A DNA stretch of 64,000 nt from NCBI GenBank assembly GCA_964416595.1, contig CAYQES010000010.1, positions 9,229-73,228 of the forward strand, in the 5' to 3' direction. Shown here in pieces: positions 54,784-62,621 of the stretch. Under the pieces are notes generated by a model. That model was not told the DNA's origin and did no database searches. It was given only the letters and a program-made list of their open reading frames with translations. Origin of the DNA: an uncultured Bdellovibrionales bacterium (GTDB taxonomy: Bacteria > Bdellovibrionota > UBA1018 > CAIPTA01). Within the stretch, counting starts at the first letter, position 1; every line of letters starts with the position of its first letter. The position numbers and the translations under genes were made by a program.

Positions 54784-55749
54784 ATGGGGGACTCCATGGG
54801 TCAGGGCATACTATTTAGAATTACCGTAGCAGCCCTTATGGCTGCATTCCCCTTAAGGGTTGCAGCCAACCTCAATCAGGCCGACGCCCAAAAAACCGCC
54901 GCCATTATAAATAATCAAGGCTCTAACGACAGCCTCCAAGAGGCCACCACTTCCGCTATGGTAGCCATAATGAATTTAGCAGCACTAAATATTCCTGGTG
55001 CGTTTTCAAATGGCTACAAAGCCTATGGACAGTACATTAATTCAGAAAAACTTGATGATTTGGAGGCCCGTACGCTCCAAAGAAAAAATAAATTAACTAG
55101 CGTTGGTAGCCCAGGTGCGAGTAGCGCTGGGAACAATCCTTCCGCCATCAGCAAAACTACTTCTTTCAGCCAATTGAATCCCTCTTTTCTCTATGAAGGA
55201 AATGCGGCAGAAATAGCCGCAGAATTTGAACGCCAATCAGGCATGAAGCGGGAGGATTTCCTCAAGCACCTAGGCAACGCCCTAGATAGCGATCTCTCCT
55301 TTAGCGATCCTGATCTCCTAAAAAAACTGGAAGGCCATTTTAATTCTTTTGCTTCTGCGATTCCCAATAAGGATTTTCGGCAAGGGTTAGATAAAGCCAC
55401 AGGACTCGTGCCCGGTATTGCCCGCAATGAGGCCTTAACAAAATTAGCCAATTTCTATGCGGATGCCTGGGGCGCTTGGGATTCTGCTCCCGCCATTTTA
55501 ACTGCAGAAAACTCTGTCGCCGCGCCTATCATTTCAGAAATTTCACCCGCCGCAGCTCGCGCTCCCGCAGCCCAAGGAACTCCCAACCCCGTTGCCACCA
55601 CAAAATCCCCACTTTCCTCTTCCTTCTTAGGAGTAGGCGAAAATTCCCAGGAAACCCTGCAGGAGTTGCTGAACAATTCCGAAGAAACCCTTTTCCAAAA
55701 AGTTTCCCGGCGGTATCGAACCCTTGCTCCGCTTCTTGGCAAGCCCTAA
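54784..55749 (+). CDS. Hypothetical secreted protein
   Basis: 321 aa with a hydrophobic N-terminus and an Ala/Ser/Pro-rich low-complexity stretch. It lies 9 nt upstream of lgt. Confidence 0.45.
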   Translation: MGDSMGQGILFRITVAALMAAFPLRVAANLNQADAQKTAAIINNQGSNDSLQEATTSAMVAIMNLAALNIPGAFSNGYKAYGQYINSEKLDDLEARTLQRKNKLTSVGSPGASSAGNNPSAISKTTSFSQLNPSFLYEGNAAEIAAEFERQSGMKREDFLKHLGNALDSDLSFSDPDLLKKLEGHFNSFASAIPNKDFRQGLDKATGLVPGIARNEALTKLANFYADAWGAWDSAPAILTAENSVAAPIISEISPAAARAPAAQGTPNPVATTKSPLSSSFLGVGENSQETLQELLNNSEETLFQKVSRRYRTLAPLLGKP

Positions 55750-55758
55750 GCTACTAAC

Positions 55759-56475
55759 ATGGTTTTTTCCTATGGCTTGTTCTTAGCTGCAGCTTTGCTT
55801 GTAGGCGTAGCCATCACTCTATATCGAATCAAAAAGGAGAAGCTCCCTGTAGAGCCCTACGTGGATCTGCTGCTATTGATAATCGGAACAGCCGCTTTGG
55901 GGGCACGCTTAGGATATATTCTCGAGTTCCCCCAAGAGTTTCCCTCCTGGAAAACTTGGGGCAATCCGCTGTACGGAGGATTTTCTTTTTTCGCCGGATT
56001 GTTTTTTGTGGCTCCGGTTTACTATTTTTTCTTGCGTTGGCGAAAAATTCCTTTTTGGCAAACATCCGATTTTTTAGTGCCTACGCTGCCCCTAGCTTTA
56101 GCCCTCATGCGGATCGGTTGTTTTAGTGCCGGCTGCTGTTATGGAACTCCCACTCAACTGTTCTGGGGCGCTTCTTCGCCTCTCGCTCCAAACTCGCAAC
56201 TGCCCCTCCACCCTATCCAAATCTACGAAAGCATTTTCCTCCTGGGATTGACAGCTTTTCTTTTTTTCAAAAGATTCAGCATGGCTGGAGAAAAAACGCT
56301 TCTATTCCTAGGCGCATATAGCCTATTTCGTTGGCTTAGTTATCCCTTACGGGGAGATTTTATCTATTGGGAAAAACGAGTAGACCCTTCGCTCCTAGCC
56401 GCAATCCTACTATTCTGGCTATCTTTAGGCATTTGGATTTGGAAAAAAAAGCTATTGAACCGCCGCCAACAATAG
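55759..56475 (+). CDS. lgt: Prolipoprotein diacylglyceryl transferase
   Basis: 238 aa, 7 TM helices, with GGFSFFAGL, MRIGCFSAGCCYG and LHPIQIYES (compare the RHPSQLYE motif of Lgt). Confidence 0.7.
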   Translation: MVFSYGLFLAAALLVGVAITLYRIKKEKLPVEPYVDLLLLIIGTAALGARLGYILEFPQEFPSWKTWGNPLYGGFSFFAGLFFVAPVYYFFLRWRKIPFWQTSDFLVPTLPLALALMRIGCFSAGCCYGTPTQLFWGASSPLAPNSQLPLHPIQIYESIFLLGLTAFLFFKRFSMAGEKTLLFLGAYSLFRWLSYPLRGDFIYWEKRVDPSLLAAILLFWLSLGIWIWKKKLLNRRQQ

Positions 56476-56844
56476 CATCAAAGTAGCGGCATCTTTATTT
56501 CCACAATCGGTGCCTGCGCTAGAAATCAATACACCCAAGTATTCTTTCACTTGTTCCGTAGGAAATGCCTCATTTGTATCAAAAATAACTGGCGTGTAGA
56601 TTTGGAAGAGTTGCAAAAGTTTTTTTACTTTTTCTGCCGGCAACTTATTCACTTCTTCTGTGATGAAGTTAATCATGGCTATTTCTTCCGCAGGCATCCG
56701 CAGCCCAGGGCCAGAAGGCTTACAGGGCATAATATAGCTCTCCATATAATGCTTTACAGAGCTAGATACGGAAGGCGACTGCGCCGCTACAGCCCAAGTA
56801 TGCAAGGGGAAAAAGCCGATAGTGAGAAGGATTATCATTTTCAT
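56452..56844 (-). CDS. Hypothetical secreted protein
   Basis: 130 aa with signal peptide MKMIILLTIGFFPLHTWA. Its 3' end overlaps lgt convergently by 24 nt. Confidence 0.4.
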   Translation of the reverse strand: MKMIILLTIGFFPLHTWAVAAQSPSVSSSVKHYMESYIMPCKPSGPGLRMPAEEIAMINFITEEVNKLPAEKVKKLLQLFQIYTPVIFDTNEAFPTEQVKEYLGVLISSAGTDCGNKDAATLMLLLAAVQ

Positions 56845-57054
56845 GAAATGTCTCTACCCTTCACTACTAAAAATAGCCACATAAATTATGTATGCCAGGA
56901 AGCCCCGGCTTGCGCCACGCAACAACACTCTCCATCATGTATATAAAAAAAAGTTTAGTTTAGGTTTTTGTTTGGACTTAATTTTTCTTCCCAAATTAGA
57001 ACTCTCTAGGGTACACATCAAAAGATCCATCCTTTAAATCTCTCTAGAGGAATA

Positions 57055-57627
57055 ATGCCAACCCGTGCCCTTGTGCCAAAATTAATGGAACTTAGCCCCG
57101 GACGGGTTTCAGGAGAGTTTTGGTCTTTCACCTGCGGATTGCTTTTGCTCGTTTGTCTTTCCCAAGTAGTCATTCCTTTACCCTGGACTCCCGTTCCACT
57201 CACAGGCCAAACCCTAGGCTGCACACTCATTGCCCTTTCCTGGGGTGGAAGAAGAGCTACTTTGGTGTTTCTCGTGTATTTACTCCTCGGAACCGTGGGC
57301 GTGCCTGTTTTTGCGGAAGGCAAATCCGGTTTATTTGGCGCAACTTCCGGCTATTTGCTGGGAATGTTAGCCACATCCTGGTTGGTGGGTGCTTTAGCTG
57401 ATCGTGGCTGGGCATCCTCTTTTGCCAAAGCTCTTGGCGCCAGCCTCATCGGCATGATCATTGTTTATATTTTTGGTTTATTTGTGCTCTCTTACTATGT
57501 GCCAACTCAATATTTGCTTATGGCGGGCTTGTGGCCATTCATTCCCGGAGATTTCCTCAAATGTTTGGTAGCGTCTTATGTTGCCTATCGTGCCCAGGAT
57601 GTTTTGGAAGAAAAAAATCTCCACTAA
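57055..57627 (+). CDS. bioY: Biotin transporter BioY (ECF S-component-like)
   Basis: TPVPLTGQTLGCTLIALSWG, LLGTVGVPVFAEGKSG, GYLLGM. GAGGA SD 5 nt upstream. Confidence 0.8.
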   Translation: MPTRALVPKLMELSPGRVSGEFWSFTCGLLLLVCLSQVVIPLPWTPVPLTGQTLGCTLIALSWGGRRATLVFLVYLLLGTVGVPVFAEGKSGLFGATSGYLLGMLATSWLVGALADRGWASSFAKALGASLIGMIIVYIFGLFVLSYYVPTQYLLMAGLWPFIPGDFLKCLVASYVAYRAQDVLEEKNLH

Positions 57628-58616
57628 AGACCACCAAATAAATAAGAAAAATTTTCGCTTACAACCGCTTTCTGCCAAGGGTACGCTCTATCCATCAGCT
57701 CCCAATGTTTGTTAGTTACCCTACCACTTTCCGAATTCGACATTAAATCTCCCAGGCGAGATTCTTGGGTGTAATAACAATTTTGCCCATTCCAAACGCT
57801 ATAATAGTGATCATCAAAACCCAATACATGCCCTAACTCATGGGCCACAGTATCCACAGATGAAAAATTAGCAATTACCATAACTTTTTGTTTATGATCC
57901 ACGTAGGAACGACCAAAAGTGAAATAAGCCCGCACCTTATACGCCGCGGGATCATTTGTTACCCAGCGGATCTTGAGCGTATAACCCTCCGTGCTCCATT
58001 TTCGCTCCAAAAAATCACTTAAGTTTTTTTCATAGCCTAGAAAATCTCCAGGATCTAAGCGCAATTCAAATTTTTTCGGGCCCGTCCGCGTAACCGCTAA
58101 GCTCGGGCGAAATATATGCTGGGTTTCTTGGGGTGGTAGAAATCTTTTTCCATTTACGATCCGTCCAGCATCTCGCTCCATGAGAAAACGAAAGGCTGTG
58201 TCCAAATCCCGCCAGCGTTTTTTGGTTTCCGGATGATGCATATCCCTTTGTGTGCGCAAATAAGTGCCATACGCATCTTCCCAGCTCCAATGAGTCACAG
58301 AAAAGCCCTTCTTTGCTTCTTTTTTCTCCGGAAGCCGCAAAAAAAGTGGTCCCACTTGCGCCATTTTAAGACGAGGAAAATCCTCCGCCGTGCGAGTTTT
58401 CCAAAGAGAAGAAAGCTTGTCGCCCACTTTATCCATTACCCGCGCTAGTAATACGCGCTTTTCTTGGGCTTGTTGGTCACAAAAATCTTGGCTGCTCTTA
58501 TTTAAACGCCAGGCGATTTTTTCATACACTCCCGCTTGCGGAGATCTTTTAAAAAACCACCAGCCCGTGAGGGCCAATAAAAAAAGCGCCGTGAAGAAAA
58601 AAGTGTTTTTTTTCAA
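57624..58616 (-). CDS. Membrane-anchored zinc metallopeptidase (metzincin-like HExxHxxGxxD)
   Basis: N-terminal TM helix and the motif VAHELGHVLGFDDHY. Confidence 0.6.
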   Translation of the reverse strand: MKKNTFFFTALFLLALTGWWFFKRSPQAGVYEKIAWRLNKSSQDFCDQQAQEKRVLLARVMDKVGDKLSSLWKTRTAEDFPRLKMAQVGPLFLRLPEKKEAKKGFSVTHWSWEDAYGTYLRTQRDMHHPETKKRWRDLDTAFRFLMERDAGRIVNGKRFLPPQETQHIFRPSLAVTRTGPKKFELRLDPGDFLGYEKNLSDFLERKWSTEGYTLKIRWVTNDPAAYKVRAYFTFGRSYVDHKQKVMVIANFSSVDTVAHELGHVLGFDDHYYSVWNGQNCYYTQESRLGDLMSNSESGRVTNKHWELMDRAYPWQKAVVSENFSYLFGGL

Positions 58617-58626
58617 AACTTACGCC

Positions 58627-59286
58627 TTAAGCCAATGCACAAAGTTCCCGCACCATGCCATCGATGCCCACAAAGATTTCGTGAAGGGGCGCTGATTCGT
58701 GCATATAGGCCGGCGTGGTTATAATTTTGTGACGGGTATCCACATGCCACTCGTTCGCTTGTTTCGGAATGTGGCGGTGGCCCAATTTTTCCATTTCCAA
58801 AGCGGCTTCTCCTGGAGCACCCAAAGTGAGTTCTAATTTTTGGCCCTTTAAAGCTAACGCCAAAATCGCCGGAGCAATGCAAACAGCCCCTAGCGGTTTT
58901 TTCTGGGCAAAAAATTCTTTTACAACTTTTTCTAAAACCCCATGCACTTTCCCGCCGGAGCCTTCACTGGCAAAGCTACAAAGATTTTTTGCGGCTCCAA
59001 AACCGCCGGGCAATACAAGAAAATCGTGGTTTTGAACCCGCAGCTCTGTGAGCGGCTGTACGGCCCCCCGGGCGATGCGGGCGGCTTCCACCAATTGGTT
59101 ACGGCTCTCGCCAACAACGGTTTTTCCCGTGAAGCAATTGACCACATCCAACTGCGGTTCATCGGGTGCAAAAATCCTCACCTCTGCTGTATGCTTGGAA
59201 AGTGCCCACAACACACCCACGGCTTCCCGGATTTCACTGCCGTCTTTAAACCCCGAGCCACAAAGAACCACCGCTGCCTTTTTCAT
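58627..59286 (-). CDS. elbB: DJ-1/PfpI-family isoprenoid biosynthesis glyoxalase ElbB
   Basis: KKAAVVLCGSGFKDGSEIRE, LVLPGGFGAAKNLC, GAVCIAPA. Confidence 0.85.
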   Translation of the reverse strand: MKKAAVVLCGSGFKDGSEIREAVGVLWALSKHTAEVRIFAPDEPQLDVVNCFTGKTVVGESRNQLVEAARIARGAVQPLTELRVQNHDFLVLPGGFGAAKNLCSFASEGSGGKVHGVLEKVVKEFFAQKKPLGAVCIAPAILALALKGQKLELTLGAPGEAALEMEKLGHRHIPKQANEWHVDTRHKIITTPAYMHESAPLHEIFVGIDGMVRELCALA

Positions 59287-59322
59287 TTATTCGTCCTTTC
59301 CAAAAGAAATTGCCCTATCAAG

Positions 59323-59802
59323 ATGACCGAGTGGGCCCTCTTCTGCTACATTTTTGTGATGATATTTTCTCTCTTTTTACCCCTTCTGATCGGCGCCACC
59401 GGTGTACTGCAAAACACCTTAAACCGCAAAATTGCCGCTGGCATTGGCTTGCCCTTAGCACTACTCGTAAATAGCTTCACCTTAGTGCTCTTAAGTGTGG
59501 CGCTGTTTTTTTGTCTACGGCTTGTGCCCAACGAAAACCTACCGGAAATTTTCCGCTCTCGCACGGAGTGGAGTTTGGGTTGGAAAAACCTTCTGCCAGG
59601 CTTTTTTGGTTTTTTCATCATTGCCACCGCTCCTTTAGCCATTGGTCGGGTAGGGGCCACAAAAGTTTTTATCGGTGTGATTGTGGCACAAATCATCGCG
59701 AGTATTTTATGGGATTTTTATGCGGAAGCCCTGCCCATTAGTTCCACTCGTCTCATTGGTGCGGCCCTGGCCCTAGCGGGAGCGCTCTTGGCTGTGCGAT
59801 GA
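59323..59802 (+). CDS. DUF606/YdcZ-like (DMT superfamily) membrane protein
   Basis: 159 aa from ATG 59323, 5 TM helices. The ORF-track start at 58942 would run antisense through elbB. Confidence 0.55.
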   Translation: MTEWALFCYIFVMIFSLFLPLLIGATGVLQNTLNRKIAAGIGLPLALLVNSFTLVLLSVALFFCLRLVPNENLPEIFRSRTEWSLGWKNLLPGFFGFFIIATAPLAIGRVGATKVFIGVIVAQIIASILWDFYAEALPISSTRLIGAALALAGALLAVR

Positions 59803-60296
59803 AATTCTCGGATCCCGCAGCCCAGGAACTTCTGTTGCGGTCTTTGCCTCCAAACCTTGGCCACATAGCGGAACTGGAACCGGATAAGCCGTGGACGGAA
59901 CAACTCCGGGCCCGCACACCGGCCCATTATACTGGCGTTCCCCTTCAAGACCATGGCCGTTTACCCCTCCCAGACCAAAGCCAAGATCTCTTCCTCACCT
60001 GCTATGTTTTAGAGCGCTTGCCCATGGACCATTTATATATGGTGTGTTCAGAAGCTCGACGCATTGTGAAAACCGAAGGCCACTGGGCGCTTTTAGCCCT
60101 TGGTCCCCAAAGCCATTTTCTGGCTCCTTTCGTGGCTCTGTTTTGGGGAAAATGGAAGGGCATTCGCCCCCTGGAACTTAGTCACTATATTTCCCCTGAA
60201 GATTGGAGGATCATCCAGGAATATCGCCAACCTCGCTGGGGCCTGTGTTCCCAGCTCCTGTTGCTACAGAGGGAAAAAGAGCCCTCAACGCCTTGA
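59799..60296 (+). CDS. Methyltransferase-fold-like protein lacking an evident SAM-binding glycine motif
   Basis: DLFLTCYVLERLPMDHLYMVCSEARRIVKTEGHWAL resembles the motif II-III region of class I methyltransferases. No GxGxG is seen. It has a 4-nt overlap with the upstream gene. Confidence 0.35.
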   Translation: MKFSDPAAQELLLRSLPPNLGHIAELEPDKPWTEQLRARTPAHYTGVPLQDHGRLPLPDQSQDLFLTCYVLERLPMDHLYMVCSEARRIVKTEGHWALLALGPQSHFLAPFVALFWGKWKGIRPLELSHYISPEDWRIIQEYRQPRWGLCSQLLLLQREKEPSTP

Positions 60297-60490
60297 AATC
60301 CCGTAACAATCTGCCTCTCTTTGGATGCCACGAATTAGCTATTTAGCCCTCTAGCGCGCACGCAAAAAATTCCCTGTAGAATCACCGAAACGGGTGTTAT
60401 ATCATCGACCTTGCACGTCAAAAGCGTGCGTTAACTGGAAACTGGATACCGATCGCAATGAGATTGAAGAGACCCGAGTTCGTCCTGAGA

Positions 60491-60515
60491 CTCCTGCGAG
60501 GATCCTTCGTAGGAG
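60491..60515 (+). promoter_or_regulatory. SD-sequestering hairpin in the leader of the RRM protein gene
   Basis: CTCCTGCGA (60491-60499), loop GGATCCT, TCGTAGGAG (60507-60515). The stem is 9 bp including one G-U pair. The 3' arm contains the AGGAG SD, 12 nt from the ATG. Confidence 0.4.
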
Positions 60516-60527
60516 ACTGAATAAATC

Positions 60528-60896
60528 ATGGGCAAGAAACTATATGTAGGTAACCTTCCTTACTCGGCGACGGACAGCAAACTCGCAGAGCATTTCTCTC
60601 AAGCCGGAAATGTGGAATCCGCAAAAGTAATCATGGACCGGGACTCGGGCCGCAGCAAAGGCTTCGGTTTCGTAGAAATGTCTTCGGACCAAGAAGCTAC
60701 GGCTGCGATCGAAAAACTCAACGGACAAGTGATGGACGGACGTCCCTTGAACGTTTCTGAAGCTCGTCCTCAAGCGCCCCGTGAAGGCGGCGGACGTGGA
60801 TTCGGTGGCGGTGGCGGCGGTTACGGAGGCGGTGGTGGCGGTGGACGCGACCGTGGCGGACGTGGCGGCGGCGGCGGCGGACGCGATCGCTGGTAA
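60528..60896 (+). CDS. RRM-type RNA-binding protein with Gly/Arg-rich tail
   Basis: RNP2 KLYVGNL, RNP1 KGFGFVEM, and a C-terminal GGGRGFGGGGGGYGGGGGGGRDRGGRGGGGGGRDRW tail. Confidence 0.92.
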   Translation: MGKKLYVGNLPYSATDSKLAEHFSQAGNVESAKVIMDRDSGRSKGFGFVEMSSDQEATAAIEKLNGQVMDGRPLNVSEARPQAPREGGGRGFGGGGGGYGGGGGGGRDRGGRGGGGGGRDRW

Positions 60897-60919
60897 TCCC
60901 TGTTACGCTAAAGAAAAAA

Positions 60920-60956
60920 GGGCTAATCCATCACGGATTGGCCCTTTTTGTTTTTT
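60920..60956. terminator. Bidirectional rho-independent terminator between convergent genes
   Basis: AAAAAA-GGGCTAATCC-atcac-GGATTGGCCC-TTTTTGTTTTTT. The stem is 10 bp with one G-U pair, and A and T tracts lie on either side. Confidence 0.75.
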
Positions 60957-60972
60957 AGGAAATGCGGAAAAC

Positions 60973-61392
60973 TTACGGCTTATCGCAGCCAAAAAATAAA
61001 TACGGCGGCTCTCCATTGCAGGAAAATTGACCAAATCCTCCATTTTCATTCACATAAAACTGGCCAGACTGATTAGCCTTCTCGCATACAAAAGTAAACT
61101 CATAGCCATCCTTAGGGCTTTTGCGCTCCGTAAATTTGCAATCCTCTGCAAAGTTTAGGGTCGTATTGCAAGCCTGTTCTGGCGCAAAGAAAATTTGTTT
61201 TTTCTCGGAAGCCACAGAGCCATCAGAATTATATTTCGTGGTGATGGATTCTAAACTCGGCACGGAAGAATCAAAGTTCGTGTCCACCTTTATGCCTTTA
61301 TTGTAATCATCCAGGCAGTTCAAGGTTTGCGCTGAAGCGCTGTGGGTGGAAATAAGTAAACAAATCGTAAATAGGAAAAATATTTTTTTCAC
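60973..61392 (-). CDS. Hypothetical small secreted Cys-containing protein
   Basis: GTG start at 61392 with a GGAGG SD upstream and signal peptide VKKIFFLFTICLLISTHSASA. It lies 15 nt (ORF-track start) to 87 nt (preferred start) downstream of the papain-like gene. Confidence 0.5.
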   Translation of the reverse strand: MKKIFFLFTICLLISTHSASAQTLNCLDDYNKGIKVDTNFDSSVPSLESITTKYNSDGSVASEKKQIFFAPEQACNTTLNFAEDCKFTERKSPKDGYEFTFVCEKANQSGQFYVNENGGFGQFSCNGEPPYLFFGCDKP

Positions 61393-61479
61393 ACAACCTC
61401 CGACTAGTAAGTGTACAGACCCTCTTAGATGAGGCAAGAGCTTTGTTGACACCCAATTTTTCATAAAGCGGAAGGATTC

Positions 61480-62577
61480 TTACTTCTTCTCAATCCAGAA
61501 AAAGGGAGCTAGGTGCTCCCTGGCGCTATTGGGCCCCCACAAACCCACATTAGCTCCGTGATCGAATGACTCTTTACTTATTTTGCGGAAAGAATCCTGC
61601 ATTGAAAACACAGCGGAAAAATCTGTCCACGGTTGGCCTTCGGGCACAGAATAGCTGAAGCCATTTGAATCGTGAAATTTTAATTGCAGAACATCCGGCT
61701 GCCCCGGGCAATGCTTCTTACGATACCCTGAGATCGTTGTGGCATGCCAGCCGAATACACAACCACTATGATGGCAAATATTCACCCCTACTGGTGTTCC
61801 CTTTTTTATTAGCTGTAAAAATTTAGTTTGCACTTCGGATTCAAGGAAAGAAGCGTCCTCTAAATCACCACCCAGAGTTTTTACTTCGTACGAAGGAATT
61901 TTCACTGAACTAGCTGCGCAAGTAGAAGGAGCTGTCAGCTCCGCAATTATCTTCATGGCAGATCGATCAAAAAGATCCTCTTCTATCTCCCCCACCTTCA
62001 GCAAAGTTTCTAGTATATCTTCCAAATTTCCCGGCAATTCCATGGAAGTTTTGAGTTCGTGGGCTAAGTCACAGGCCGATTTCACGCTGAACTCTTTACG
62101 TAAAGCATACAAAATATTTCGCATAGCCCACGGCCAATTCTCCGAACTATATTTCTTTCTTGCACCAGCAACATAAGTATCAAAAGGAGCACAGTATTCC
62201 TTAGCCAGTGCTCCACGCTTTTCAATATCTTGTAAAACCTGAAAGGCAGTTCCATTGTCTTGAGAAAAATATTCCCGTTGGCTGCCAGCCAGTGCATCTA
62301 GAACAGAAAGTTGGTCGCCAGGATCTTTCTTATTCGTGGAATAGTTACAGCCACCCACTTTTTCTTCGCAATAAAGTTCTTGCACTAAAGTTAAAGCGGT
62401 AAAACCATAACAAAATTGTGTATCCGCCTGATCTAGTAAGGGCGGCATAGGAATTTCTTGGATATCTGAATAAGTACAAGCTGATTCGTTGGGAGAAGAA
62501 AGACCATTATTTGCAAGAACCTGGGGCCCAGCCAATAAAAATATCCCGACGCTTAAAATGCCTGGCCAAACCTTCAT
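61480..62577 (-). CDS. Secreted papain-like (C1-type fold) cysteine peptidase candidate
   Basis: Signal peptide present. Q-x5-C in DQADTQFCYGF (compare papain Q19..C25), His motif GWHATTISGY (compare DHAVAAVGY), and a downstream HDSNG. Confidence 0.5.
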   Translation of the reverse strand: MKVWPGILSVGIFLLAGPQVLANNGLSSPNESACTYSDIQEIPMPPLLDQADTQFCYGFTALTLVQELYCEEKVGGCNYSTNKKDPGDQLSVLDALAGSQREYFSQDNGTAFQVLQDIEKRGALAKEYCAPFDTYVAGARKKYSSENWPWAMRNILYALRKEFSVKSACDLAHELKTSMELPGNLEDILETLLKVGEIEEDLFDRSAMKIIAELTAPSTCAASSVKIPSYEVKTLGGDLEDASFLESEVQTKFLQLIKKGTPVGVNICHHSGCVFGWHATTISGYRKKHCPGQPDVLQLKFHDSNGFSYSVPEGQPWTDFSAVFSMQDSFRKISKESFDHGANVGLWGPNSAREHLAPFFWIEKK

Positions 62578-62621
62578 TATCCATCTCCCTAGATTAGTTT
62601 AGATCATAACCTCTAGGTTTA

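Noticed and set aside
56990-57054. Repeated CTCTAG/CTAGAG elements upstream of bioY as a possible BirA operator or riboswitch-like hairpin.
   Set aside because: Only a 6-bp complementarity with a ~33-nt loop is present. It has no resemblance to the known bio operator half-sites that I can recall.
58942-59322. 5' extension of the ORF 58942-59802.
   Set aside because: The extension runs antisense through the well-supported elbB gene, and its translation is not membrane-like. The hydrophobic DUF606-like protein begins at ATG 59323.
60781-60999. Alternative-frame ORF and apparent GGC/GGT microsatellite at the 3' end of the RRM gene.
   Set aside because: The repeat encodes the Gly/Arg-rich tail expected for this protein family. 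The alternative frame (poly-Ala/Val) is an artefact of the repeat.
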